From Acutalibacteraceae bacterium (GTDB lineage: Bacteria > Bacillota > Clostridia > Oscillospirales > Acutalibacteraceae), in assembly GCA_045586265.1 (NCBI GenBank), contig JAZMZY010000091.1, positions 5,921 to 69,920 on the forward strand: DNA of 64,000 bases, written 5' to 3'. Every line of letters begins with the position of its first letter. Position 1 is the first letter of the stretch. Below the pieces are notes generated by a model, which saw only the letters and a program-made list of their open reading frames with translations, was not told the DNA's origin and made no database searches. Position numbers and translations under genes: made by a program. Below, one piece after another: positions 26,471 to 35,671 of this stretch.

Positions 26471-27843
26471 TAAAGTAATCTCTCCTTAACAACCTGTGCA
26501 ATTTCCTGTGCAAGAGTGTTTATCTTTTCTTCATCCTTGCCCTCAAGCATAACACGAACAAGAGGCTCTGTGCCCGATACACGAACAAGAACTCTGCCTT
26601 CGTTGCCAAGCTCTTTTTCTGCAGCTGAAATAGCCTTTTTAATTTCTTCATCTCTTGGGAATCTTGCTTTACCGAAATCGGAAACACGAACGTTAACAAG
26701 AATCTGTGGGAATACCTGCATAACATCTGCCAATTCAGAAAGCTTTTTACCCGTTGCCTTCATAATGCAAAGAAGCTTCAATGCCGAAAGCTGACCATCA
26801 CCTGTCGTTGCAAAATCCTTGAAGATAATATGGCCCGATTGTTCACCACCGATTATATAATCATTCTCAAGCATATTTTCAAGAACATATCTGTCGCCAA
26901 CCTTGGTTTTTTCACAATTAATGCCATTATCCTCACAGAACTTGAAAAAGCCCATATTACTCATAACAGTAACAACTGCAGTATTATTCTTCAAGGTACC
27001 CTTATCTTTCATATACTTTGCGAAAATTGCAATTAATTTATCACCATCAACAACATTGCCGTTTTCATCAACTGCTAGGAATCTGTCAGCATCGCCATCA
27101 AACGCAAGACCAACATCACATTTGTTTCTCACAACAAAATCCTGAAGAATTTCAAGATGGGTTGAACCGCATTTTTCGTTGATGTTAGTGCCGTTCGGAT
27201 GAGAGGCTATAAAGAAGCAATCGTCACAAAGATTCATAAAAATCTGAGGTGCGGTAACAGAGGAAGAACCATTAGAACAATCCACTGCAATTCTCAATCC
27301 TTCAAAATTCTTATAATTGTTAGATTCCAAATCAGTTTCCGCAACATCAATAAGGTAGTTAATATAATCAGTGCGAGCTGTTTTTGATCGGGTTATTCTA
27401 CCAACCTCACCACCAACCTTAACAGGTGGCACCTGAGCTTTATCGAGAATTATGCTCTCAATTTCCTCCTCAAGCGCATCAGGAAGCTTAAAGCCTGAAC
27501 CCTGAAAGATTTTGATGCCGTTATATTCACAGGGGTTATGAGATGCAGAAATCATTACTGCAGCATCATATTCATATTTTCTTACAAGATATGCAACTGC
27601 AGGTGTCGGGATTTCACCTAAAAGCATTACATCTGCGCCAACAGAGCAAAGACCTGCAGAAATTGCAGATTCAAGCATCTGTGAAGATGCTCTTGTATCC
27701 ATACCGATAAGCACTTTATTCTTCTTATGTGAATGTTTTGTGAGCACCATAGCGGCAGCTCTGCCGATTTCCATTGCAAGCTCACAGGTTAATTCTGTGT
27801 TAGCAATTCCTCGTGCACCATCTGTACCAAAAAGTCTACCCAT
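26470..27843 (-). CDS. glmM: Phosphoglucosamine mutase
   Basis: MGRLFGTDGARGIAN, phosphoserine loop SASHNP, GEQSGH. Confidence 0.93.
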   Translation of the reverse strand: MGRLFGTDGARGIANTELTCELAMEIGRAAAMVLTKHSHKKNKVLIGMDTRASSQMLESAISAGLCSVGADVMLLGEIPTPAVAYLVRKYEYDAAVMISASHNPCEYNGIKIFQGSGFKLPDALEEEIESIILDKAQVPPVKVGGEVGRITRSKTARTDYINYLIDVAETDLESNNYKNFEGLRIAVDCSNGSSSVTAPQIFMNLCDDCFFIASHPNGTNINEKCGSTHLEILQDFVVRNKCDVGLAFDGDADRFLAVDENGNVVDGDKLIAIFAKYMKDKGTLKNNTAVVTVMSNMGFFKFCEDNGINCEKTKVGDRYVLENMLENDYIIGGEQSGHIIFKDFATTGDGQLSALKLLCIMKATGKKLSELADVMQVFPQILVNVRVSDFGKARFPRDEEIKKAISAAEKELGNEGRVLVRVSGTEPLVRVMLEGKDEEKINTLAQEIAQVVKERLL

Positions 27844-27873
27844 AAAAAATCACTCCTGAGTTAAATAAGATAA

Positions 27874-28923
27874 TTAAAATGAATCGAATGTACCTTGTGT
27901 ATCGTCAGTTATAGGGCTTACCCCTAAATGCCTGTAGCCTAAAGCAGTTACCTTTCTGCCTCTTGGTGTTCTTGTTAAAAAGCCTAACTGCATAAGATAG
28001 GGCTCATAAACATCCTCAATTGTTACTGCTTCTTCGCCAATCATAGCAGCAATTGTATCAAGACCAACAGGACCACCGTTATAATTTTCAATCATTGCTC
28101 TTAAAAGGTTTCTGTCAACAAGGTCAAGACCTAATTCGTCAATTTCCATTCTTTCAAGTGCATTTTGTGCAGATTCCACCGTAATTATACCATTACCCAT
28201 AACCTGAGCATAATCTCTTGCACGCTTTAAAAGTCTGTTGGCAATACGTGGCGTTCCTCGGGAGCGGGAAGCAATTTCCAAAGCACCGTCCTGCTCTGCT
28301 TCAATATTCAGAATACCTGCACTACGCTTAACAATTTCAGCAAGCTCCTCGGGAGAATAAAGCTCAAGCCTTAAAATAACACCGAAACGGTCTCTTAGTG
28401 GTGCGGAAAGCTGACCTGCACGGGTAGTTGCGCCAATAAGCGTGAATTTCTTAAGATCAAGCCTTATGGAACGAGCCGAAGGCCCTTTACCGATAATGAT
28501 ATCAAGAGCAAAATCCTCCATAGCGGGATACAGAACTTCTTCAATGCTTCTTGAAAGGCGATGAATTTCATCAATAAAAAGAATATCGCCATCGTTAAGG
28601 CTTGTAAGAAGTGCTGCAAGGTCGCCGGGCTTTTCAATAGCAGGACCTGATGTAACTCTTATCTGCACGCCCATTTCATTAGCAACAATTCCTGCAAGTG
28701 TGGTTTTACCTAATCCGGGAGGCCCGTAAAGTAAAACGTGGTCTAAGGACTCGTGCCTGTTTTTTGCAGCCTCAATATATATTTTTAAGTTTTCCTTTGC
28801 TTTTTCCTGCCCTATATACTCTTCAAGAGCACGGGGACGAAGGGAGGTTTCAATTTCATTATCGTCAGAAATATATTCGGGAGCGATAACCCTTTCTTCG
28901 TCAGCAATAAAAAAATCGTTCAT
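27874..28923 (-). CDS. ruvB: Holliday junction branch migration helicase RuvB
   Basis: [38 protein letters not shown]. Confidence 0.95.
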   Translation of the reverse strand: MNDFFIADEERVIAPEYISDDNEIETSLRPRALEEYIGQEKAKENLKIYIEAAKNRHESLDHVLLYGPPGLGKTTLAGIVANEMGVQIRVTSGPAIEKPGDLAALLTSLNDGDILFIDEIHRLSRSIEEVLYPAMEDFALDIIIGKGPSARSIRLDLKKFTLIGATTRAGQLSAPLRDRFGVILRLELYSPEELAEIVKRSAGILNIEAEQDGALEIASRSRGTPRIANRLLKRARDYAQVMGNGIITVESAQNALERMEIDELGLDLVDRNLLRAMIENYNGGPVGLDTIAAMIGEEAVTIEDVYEPYLMQLGFLTRTPRGRKVTALGYRHLGVSPITDDTQGTFDSF

Positions 28924-28947
28924 TTTTTTCTCCTGTTTTTATCTCAA

Positions 28948-29559
28948 TTAAAATCTTAAGGTCATATTTTTCAAAGCACCTTTAATAAGCTCCTCAACGG
29001 TAAGGCTTGGTGAAAGCTTACTGACCGCAACAGAAGCCTCTGTCTGAGAATAACCTAAAGCGGTAAGTGCTGCAATTGCTTCAGAGGTGTTGCTCATTGA
29101 GTTAGCAGTATTGACTGCACTTGAAACAGAGCTGCTTTCCTCTGAAATAAAGCCCACATTCGCAATTTTATCCTTAAGCTCCATTATTACCCTTTGTGCA
29201 AGCTTGGGGCCAACACCATTGGCGGCAGTAATTGCCTTTGCATCCCCTGAAGCCACAGCAACTGCAAAGGCATCGGGAGTAAGCTCAGAAAGAATTGCCA
29301 GAGCGGCTTTAGGCCCAACGCCCGAAACACTTATTAAAAGCTTGAAAGCATCAAGCTCATCATTTGTTGCAAAGCCGAATAAATCAAGGGCATCCTCACG
29401 GACATTGAGATGAGTAAAAACAGTTACCTCGCTACTCTGCAAGGAAAGCTTCGCAAGAGAATTTCGTGTTGTGAAGCATTTGAAGCCAACACCACCGCAA
29501 GAAATTGCAACTGTTTGCTCATCCTTATATATTATTTTTCCCGTTAAACTATAGAACAT
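28948..29559 (-). CDS. ruvA: Holliday junction DNA-binding protein RuvA
   Basis: MFYSLTGKI...GVGFKCF...VSGVGPKAALAILS...NGVGPKLAQRV. Confidence 0.92.
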   Translation of the reverse strand: MFYSLTGKIIYKDEQTVAISCGGVGFKCFTTRNSLAKLSLQSSEVTVFTHLNVREDALDLFGFATNDELDAFKLLISVSGVGPKAALAILSELTPDAFAVAVASGDAKAITAANGVGPKLAQRVIMELKDKIANVGFISEESSSVSSAVNTANSMSNTSEAIAALTALGYSQTEASVAVSKLSPSLTVEELIKGALKNMTLRF

Positions 29560-29568
29560 AAAGTCACC

Positions 29569-30063
29569 TTATATTTTATTTTTTATCATCAGAGAATCAC
29601 TTGCGTGACCGTGACAGATTGCAAGTGCAAGGGCATCGGCAGCATCATCAGGCTTTGGAATTTTATCAAGGTGAAGAAACATCCTTGTCATTTCCTGAAC
29701 CTGTTGCTTTTCCGCTCTGCCGTAGCCTACAATACTTTGCTTAACCTGTAAGGGTGTGTATTCAAAAATCGGTATACCTGCTTTTTCAACCGCCAAAATT
29801 ATAACGCCACGCGACTGCGCAACATCAATAGCGGTTTTCTGGTTAGTGTTGAAATACAGTCTTTCAATACTGACCGCATCAGGCTTGAATTTTTCCAAAA
29901 GCTCGGTTATATCGTCATAAATTTTAGTAAGACGCTCATTAAAGGGCATATCCTTGTCGGTTGTAACAGCTCCGTAGCCCATAAGAGAAAAGTTGTTTCT
30001 TTCATATCTTACAACACCGCAACCAACAATTGCATAGCCCGGGTCTATACCGAAAATGACCAT
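29569..30063 (-). CDS. ruvC: Crossover junction endodeoxyribonuclease RuvC
   Basis: MVIFGIDPGYAIVGCGVV...DAADALALAICH. Confidence 0.92.
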   Translation of the reverse strand: MVIFGIDPGYAIVGCGVVRYERNNFSLMGYGAVTTDKDMPFNERLTKIYDDITELLEKFKPDAVSIERLYFNTNQKTAIDVAQSRGVIILAVEKAGIPIFEYTPLQVKQSIVGYGRAEKQQVQEMTRMFLHLDKIPKPDDAADALALAICHGHASDSLMIKNKI

Positions 30064-30189
30064 ATTTTCACCGCCTTACACAGAGCACACTACCGCATAT
30101 TACAATTCGAATAATTATACCATAATAACAAGGAAAATATCAATATATTTATATTATTTTTTAACACAATTAACAATTTTTTTACACTA

Positions 30190-30218
30190 TTGATTTTCCC
30201 GATAAAAAATGATATAAT
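30190..30218 (+). promoter_or_regulatory. sigma-A-type promoter candidate with extended -10
   Basis: TTGATT (30190-30195), a 17 nt spacer ending in TGa, then TATAAT (30213-30218). Confidence 0.5.
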
Positions 30219-30264
30219 GAATTGAATTAAAATGTTTATTAACAATGTTTCCGGGAGAATTTTT

Positions 30265-30729
30265 ATGGATAAATTAAAGAACAAAAACACTATTGTTTTG
30301 ATAATCTCTGCAGTGCTTATTTTAATTGCTATTATTGTTGCAGTTGTTGCTACTACTTCATCAAATAAAAATGACAAGAAAGAAACCGCAAAACATACCG
30401 TTTCCGAACAGGTTTCACTCGACCTTGCTTCTATTGCTGATATGAACAATAATTCCTCAACGAAGAAATCCCAGCAACAGACATCCTATTCTTATAAAAC
30501 CGGTAAATATAAGGTTGCTACCAAGGATGACCCTCTCGGTCTTCGTCTTGAGCCCAACACCACCTCCGACAGACTTATTTATGTTCCCAAGGATTACGAG
30601 GTTGAGGTTCTTGCAGTATGGGAGGACTGGGGCTATGTTGTTTACGAGCAAACAGGCGGATGGCTCTCAATGAACTATCTTGAGCTTGTTTCATCAAGCA
30701 AAAAAACTACTTCAGATGCGGAGCAATAA
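30265..30729 (+). CDS. Membrane-anchored bacterial SH3 domain protein
   Basis: Start at MDKLKNKN after GGGAGA. One TM helix, then C-terminal YKVATKDDPLGLRLEPNTTSDRLIYVPKDYEVEVLAVWEDWGYVVYEQTGGWLSMNYL (SH3b-like). Confidence 0.7.
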   Translation: MDKLKNKNTIVLIISAVLILIAIIVAVVATTSSNKNDKKETAKHTVSEQVSLDLASIADMNNNSSTKKSQQQTSYSYKTGKYKVATKDDPLGLRLEPNTTSDRLIYVPKDYEVEVLAVWEDWGYVVYEQTGGWLSMNYLELVSSSKKTTSDAEQ

Positions 30730-30730
30730 G

Positions 30731-31615
30731 ATGTTTACTTGTAATCTTTGCCCGAGAAAATGCAATATTCAAAGAAAAGCTCTTACCGATGCCGGTAAGG
30801 GCTTTTGCAATATGGGTGAAAATCCCGTAATAGCTCGAGCTGCCCTGCATTTCTGGGAAGAGCCCCCCATAAGCGGTACAAGAGGCAGCGGAACAATTTT
30901 CTTTTCAGGATGCAATCTGAAGTGTGCATACTGCCAGAACGAAGAAATAAGCAAGGGTTGCTTCGGTAAGGAAATAACTGTTGAGCGATTAAAAGAAATT
31001 TACTTTGAATTAATTGAGCAAGGCGCCCACAATATCAACCTTGTTACAGGCACTCACTTCATTAAATCAATTGCAGAATCTCTTAAAGAACCACTCCCCG
31101 TTCCCGTTGTATATAATTGTGGTGGCTATGAAACCACAAGCTCGTTAAAGCTATTAGAAAACAAAGTTCAGATATATCTACCTGATTTAAAATATAGTGA
31201 TGATGAATTAGCTTTAAAATATTCTGAAGCACCTGATTATTTTGAAATTGCAACTAATGCCATTAAGGAAATGTATCGTCAGGTTGGTAAATGCGAGTTT
31301 GATGATAACGGGATTATGACTAAAGGCGTTATAATCCGCCATTTAATTTTACCTAACCACCTTGAAAACACCAAAAAGGTTATTGATTGGGTTAAGGAGA
31401 ATTTCAAGGATAGTGAAGTACTTTTCAGTCTGATGAGCCAATTTACACCTAATAAAACCTGCAATATTCCTGAATTATCAAGAAGACTCACCCAAGAGGA
31501 ATATAATGAAATTGAGGAATATCTTTTCAATTCAGGCATTGAAGACGGTTTTATGCAGGAATTATCTTCGGCAAAGGAAGAATATATTCCGCCTTTTAAT
31601 TTAGAGGGTGTATAA
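30731..31615 (+). CDS. Radical SAM protein (PflX / pyruvate formate-lyase activase-like, COG1313 type)
   Basis: CX3CX2C in GCNLKCAYCQN, an extra N-terminal cluster CNLCPRKC, and no SPASM-type C-terminal cysteines. The start is 1 nt after the previous stop. Confidence 0.85.
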   Translation: MFTCNLCPRKCNIQRKALTDAGKGFCNMGENPVIARAALHFWEEPPISGTRGSGTIFFSGCNLKCAYCQNEEISKGCFGKEITVERLKEIYFELIEQGAHNINLVTGTHFIKSIAESLKEPLPVPVVYNCGGYETTSSLKLLENKVQIYLPDLKYSDDELALKYSEAPDYFEIATNAIKEMYRQVGKCEFDDNGIMTKGVIIRHLILPNHLENTKKVIDWVKENFKDSEVLFSLMSQFTPNKTCNIPELSRRLTQEEYNEIEEYLFNSGIEDGFMQELSSAKEEYIPPFNLEGV

Positions 31616-31618
31616 TTT

Positions 31619-31651
31619 TGTAACATAAACCGGTTATCCTCATATTATGTA
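31619..31651 (+). promoter_or_regulatory. Mother-cell sigma (sigma-K/sigma-E-like) promoter candidate
   Basis: TGTAACA, 15 nt, CATATTATGTA, which fits AC-N16-CATAnnnT. Identical boxes with identical spacing occur upstream of spoVM (49741-49709, minus strand). Confidence 0.45.
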
Positions 31652-31698
31652 GTGAAGTTAAAGTTATGGCTTCAATACTTATATTAGGAGGAAACGAT

Positions 31699-32529
31699 AT
31701 GGCTGATAACAAAAATTTCACAGATCTTCACCATATCAAAGAAGCGATTTGCATTGATACCAACAGAGTTTATGACTCCTGTGCCGATAAGGACTGCCTT
31801 ACGGACTTAAGGGTTTATTTAACTGACAGAGGTCAATGCATTCTTGAAAATGCTTCATCAGTTCGCCCGAGAGCCGCTGAAATACTTAACTGCCTTGTTG
31901 AAGTTGAAAAGGTACCCTTCAACAAGGGCTGCTATTCTGTTGACCTTACATTCTTCGTTAAGGTCTGCCTTGATGCCTACACCTGCCCTACTGCTTCACC
32001 CACCATTCTTGAAGGACTTGTAACCTTTAACAAAAAGTGTATTCTTTACGGTAGCGAGGGCAATGTAAAAATCTTCTCATCAAGCTTTGTTTGTGATGGC
32101 TTTGATGACCAGAATCCTATCGGTAATACCAATCCGAGAGCAAAGGTACAGGTTGTTGACCCCATTATTCTTGATGCCAATATCTGCAGAATCTGTGATT
32201 GCTGTAACACAATGGGCAACTGCTGTGATTCTGTTCCCAATCATATCTGCCGTTGCTTTGAGGGTAATTTTGGTTGCTGTGAGGGTGAAAAAGCAGTTAA
32301 GGTTACCTTGGGCATTTTCACAATCGTTCAGCTTGAAAGAGATGTGCAGATGCTTATTCCTGCTTATGATTTCTGCGTACCCACAAAGGAATGCTGTTGT
32401 GATACGGAAGACCCATGTGATACCTTCAGAAAAATCAGCTTCCCCATTGACGAATTTTTCCCGCCAAGTGCAAATGATTGCTCTTACGAAATGAATTTCA
32501 ATCCCAAAAGCAACTGCGGATGCAAATAA
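31699..32529 (+). CDS. Cysteine-rich protein (candidate spore coat/exosporium component)
   Basis: Start at MADNKNF after AGGAGG. I count 28 Cys in 276 aa, including CRICDCCNTMGNCC, CRCFEGNFGCC and KECCCDTEDPC clusters. No signal peptide or TM helix. Confidence 0.7.
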   Translation: MADNKNFTDLHHIKEAICIDTNRVYDSCADKDCLTDLRVYLTDRGQCILENASSVRPRAAEILNCLVEVEKVPFNKGCYSVDLTFFVKVCLDAYTCPTASPTILEGLVTFNKKCILYGSEGNVKIFSSSFVCDGFDDQNPIGNTNPRAKVQVVDPIILDANICRICDCCNTMGNCCDSVPNHICRCFEGNFGCCEGEKAVKVTLGIFTIVQLERDVQMLIPAYDFCVPTKECCCDTEDPCDTFRKISFPIDEFFPPSANDCSYEMNFNPKSNCGCK

Positions 32530-32532
32530 CAA

Positions 32533-32568
32533 AGAGTGTATTCAATCATTTACGATTGAATACACTCT
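32533..32568. terminator. Bidirectional intrinsic terminator
   Basis: 15 bp stem AGAGTGTATTCAATC/GATTGAATACACTCT with a 6 nt loop, between convergent genes. Confidence 0.75.
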
Positions 32569-32574
32569 CTCAAT

Positions 32575-33636
32575 TCATTTCTCAAAAATCAAATTATCCT
32601 GCTTCATTTTATCAAGATTTGCTTTATCATACCACTTGGCTTCAATAGTAATTTCGCTCTTGACTTCTTTTCCCTGTATTGAAAAAATGCACTGTTCAAC
32701 CGCATTATAGCCTAAATTATAGGCATCCTGAGCCACGCCGCCAATGAATTTTGCGGTGTTTTCACTTTCGAGCCATTTTAACTGCTTTGCACCTGAATCG
32801 AAACCGCAAAAAACAATATTCTTATACTTTTCTGCATCTGCAGAAACTAAATCGCTAATTTTATCGGCAATATCGGGATGGGTAATAAAAACCGCTTTTA
32901 TCTTATCTTCTTCAAGCTCTGATAAAGAATTTTCTACTGCGCTTTCAGACTCTGTTTCAATTTTATATTTATCTTTTATTTCAGAATCCGCATCTGCCAA
33001 TTCACTGAATTTTTCAACAAAGCCCGTTGCTTTTTCTTCATCGGAAGCGCTATCATCCCTTTCAATTACACCAATAACGAAAGTACCTTCTGAATTTTTA
33101 ATATTTTCTTTAACTCCTTCAAAAAGCTTTTCTGCACAGAGAGCGCCTGCCTCTTTATATTCGGTTGAGACCATTGAAACAACGGGATTTTTCTTGTTAC
33201 CTTCAATTTTTTCAAAGTCATCCTCTGTTAAAGCATCAATCTGAACAACAGGGATTTTTTCATCATATAATTTACCGAAAATTTCACTGTAGCCCTCGCC
33301 CTTGGGTACAATTACAACACCTGAAGCATCACTGCTTACAGCCTTTTCCATACTTGAAATATGGTCACTGACAATATTTTCTGCATTCTCATCAGTCCCC
33401 ATATATTCAAGAGTAAAGCCATATTTTTTAGCCGCATCCTCTGCCCCTTTTTTCAGATTCTGATAAAAGCCTGAATCTTCATTTTCACCTACCAGAGCAA
33501 TTGTTTTACCTGTACTCTGACCCGTAATTTCGGTTGTTGTTGAGGGAGTATTTTGCTTATTTTCACCGCAACCGCTGAAAACTGAAAGACACAAAACCAC
33601 AACTAAAACAAAAGACAACATTTTTTTGAAATTCAT
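32575..33636 (-). CDS. Lipoprotein, sugar-type periplasmic binding protein fold (PBP1/LacI-like substrate-binding protein)
   Basis: Lipobox LSVFSGC after a hydrophobic signal, then a Thr-rich linker. The body resembles ribose/galactose-type binding proteins (TIALVGENEDSGFYQNLKKGAEDAAKKYG). Confidence 0.8.
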   Translation of the reverse strand: MNFKKMLSFVLVVVLCLSVFSGCGENKQNTPSTTTEITGQSTGKTIALVGENEDSGFYQNLKKGAEDAAKKYGFTLEYMGTDENAENIVSDHISSMEKAVSSDASGVVIVPKGEGYSEIFGKLYDEKIPVVQIDALTEDDFEKIEGNKKNPVVSMVSTEYKEAGALCAEKLFEGVKENIKNSEGTFVIGVIERDDSASDEEKATGFVEKFSELADADSEIKDKYKIETESESAVENSLSELEEDKIKAVFITHPDIADKISDLVSADAEKYKNIVFCGFDSGAKQLKWLESENTAKFIGGVAQDAYNLGYNAVEQCIFSIQGKEVKSEITIEAKWYDKANLDKMKQDNLIFEK

Positions 33637-33697
33637 ATATATACCTCCGTAAATACTATTTCAAAAAGATTATTGCCTATTTTTTACATTTAATACA

Positions 33698-33740
33698 AAA
33701 GGTGCTGTAAAAAAACTCGTCGTTTTTTTACAGCACCTTT
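33698..33740 (-). terminator. Intrinsic terminator
   Basis: Long stem AAAGGTGCTGTAAAAAA/TTTTTTACAGCACCTTT located just after the stop of the 33747-34304 gene. Confidence 0.75.
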
Positions 33741-33746
33741 AAAGAT

Positions 33747-34304
33747 TTATTCACCTATAAGTCTGTTTATAATATCGGAATAAAGTGCACCCGGGTCATT
33801 AAGGAAGCCATCCTTCAACTGCTCTGCCTGCCATTCATCCGCCACATTAAGAGTTAATGAAAGGAGCTTATCACCATTGCTTTCAATAACGAAGGTAATA
33901 TCGTAGCCATTTTCAACCTTTTTGATATCAACCTTATTTTCTCTTTCGGAACGGGCTCTTGCAATAGTGTTAAGAGCAACCTTAACCGCCTTATCACGAA
34001 CACCCGGAAGGAGCTGATTTTCAAGCTCTCTTGCACTGTTACCACCCTTTGCGGTAATAATTATATGAGGCTCACCAACATAATCCTCTTCTTTGATAGC
34101 CTTGCTTTCAAGAAGCTCATCAAGAGCAGAATTTGCATCAAAAAAATTGACAAGACCTGTTTTCTGAAGAACATCACAAATCTGATTTCTTGTCATTGGT
34201 GTTTTTACACTATCAAGTATATAACAAATAAGAATTTTTATTTCAAGCATACTACGAAGACCGCCGATTTCAATTCCACCGGCGAAAGCATCAAACTTAA
34301 CCAT
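33747..34304 (-). CDS. Hypothetical protein (DUF4364-like)
   Basis: 185 aa, LEIKILICYILDSVKTPMTRNQICDVLQKTGLVNFFDANSALDELLESKAI (winged-helix-like N-terminus). Family recalled, not verified. Confidence 0.6.
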   Translation of the reverse strand: MVKFDAFAGGIEIGGLRSMLEIKILICYILDSVKTPMTRNQICDVLQKTGLVNFFDANSALDELLESKAIKEEDYVGEPHIIITAKGGNSARELENQLLPGVRDKAVKVALNTIARARSERENKVDIKKVENGYDITFVIESNGDKLLSLTLNVADEWQAEQLKDGFLNDPGALYSDIINRLIGE

Positions 34305-34390
34305 AAAAACATCTCCTTTCGTATTGCTTATTTCTATATTAATATTTTATCATTTTCAAACTGATAAATCAATAAATGTTCTGTGAATTT

Positions 34391-35671
34391 TCAAAAGATT
34401 TCTAATAGCGCTTCCCTTACCTCGCCTGCAAGATACAAGGACCCTACCACACACAAAACATCTTTGTTATTTATTAATTTCTCTGCAAATTTTACTGCTC
34501 TTTCAGGTGACTCAACAACAATAACATTTTTACAATATTTTTTACCGATTATTGCCAAATCCTCACCTGCCATAGCACGAGGATTATTGGGGGTTACACA
34601 GATAAAACAATCACACTTTTTTATAAGTGGCTTTAAGGACTCTTCAACGGCTTTATCAGCCATCATACCGGCTATTACAACTACCTTATCCTTAGAATCC
34701 AAGGTGGTTGAAACTGCCTTATAAAATGCCCTTGCCCCATCCTCATTATGACCGCCATCAAGAATTACAAGGGGCTTTTCTGAAATTATTTCAACCCTTG
34801 CAGGAAGACTTGTTTTAGATATTCCGTTTTTGATATTCTCATCAGTAAGATTAAAATAATTCTTTAAAACATTACATGCTTCAATAACACAGGTCATATT
34901 TTTAACCTGATGCTCCCCTGCCATTTTAACTGAATATTCTTGATTTTTGTATATGAAATCTGTTCCCAAAACATCACTTTTAAGAACTTTAATATCACTT
35001 TCACAAGGAATTGTGAGAGTGTTATTTTTTTCTTTAACAGTTTTTTCAATAACCTTTATAGCACCTCGGGGTTGACCGAAAGAACAAATTACATTTCCGT
35101 TTTCTTTTATTGTTCCGCATTTTTCAAAGGCAATTTCTTCAATGGTATCACCTAAAATTGCAGAATGGTCAACAGAAAGGGAGGTAACAACATTTACCAA
35201 AGGTGTGTCAATTATGTTTGTAGCATCAAGTCTGCCACCAAGCCCCACTTCAAGAACAACAATGTCACATTGAAGTTCTTTATAACACAAAAATGCAGAA
35301 GCAGTTAATGCTTCAAACTCTGTTATTGTAACGCCATCTTTTTCAAGAGCTTCAACAGCAATTTTAACCTTTTCTACATTTTCTGCAAAAAGTCCTTTAT
35401 CAATGGGCTTGTTCTGAAACTGCACTCTTTCAAGAAAATCTGTTACATAAGGCGAGGTATAAAGACCCACCTTATACCCTGCATCTGTTAAAGCATTTGA
35501 AATTGCAGTAGAGGTTGAGCCTTTGCCGTTTGTTCCTGCTACGTGAACATACTTTAAAGTATTCTGAGGATTACCAAGAAAACGCAATAAGGCATCCATC
35601 CCGTTAAGACCGGGACGGATACCGAATTTTAATAATGAATGTATATATTTTACTGCTTCAATATAATTCAT
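34391..35671 (-). CDS. folC: Bifunctional folylpolyglutamate synthase/dihydrofolate synthase
   Basis: HVAGTNGKGST P-loop and Mur ligase-like layout. It overlaps the valS stop by 4 nt. Confidence 0.9.
   Translation of the reverse strand: MNYIEAVKYIHSLLKFGIRPGLNGMDALLRFLGNPQNTLKYVHVAGTNGKGSTSTAISNALTDAGYKVGLYTSPYVTDFLERVQFQNKPIDKGLFAENVEKVKIAVEALEKDGVTITEFEALTASAFLCYKELQCDIVVLEVGLGGRLDATNIIDTPLVNVVTSLSVDHSAILGDTIEEIAFEKCGTIKENGNVICSFGQPRGAIKVIEKTVKEKNNTLTIPCESDIKVLKSDVLGTDFIYKNQEYSVKMAGEHQVKNMTCVIEACNVLKNYFNLTDENIKNGISKTSLPARVEIISEKPLVILDGGHNEDGARAFYKAVSTTLDSKDKVVVIAGMMADKAVEESLKPLIKKCDCFICVTPNNPRAMAGEDLAIIGKKYCKNVIVVESPERAVKFAEKLINNKDVLCVVGSLYLAGEVREALLEIF

Noticed and set aside
30090-30449. 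A 119-aa minus-strand ORF spanning the ruvC-SH3 intergenic region.
   Set aside because: It consists of AT-rich, low-complexity Ile/Phe/Leu sequence, overlaps the plus-strand promoter and the 5' end of the SH3 gene, and has no SD.
30731-32529. The radical SAM gene plus the downstream cysteine-rich ORF as a RiPP or sulfatase-maturase system.
   Set aside because: The radical SAM protein is PflX-like and lacks a SPASM or twitch domain or a RiPP recognition element. The Cys-rich product (276 aa) is far larger than typical precursors and has its own promoter-like motif. I kept only the weaker idea of a metal-binding link, within the Cys-rich protein finding.
32080-32532. A 150-aa minus-strand ORF and a 135-aa plus-strand out-of-frame ORF overlapping the cysteine-rich protein gene.
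   Set aside because: The plus-strand frame starting at 31699 has a strong AGGAGG SD and a terminator. The alternative frames have neither.
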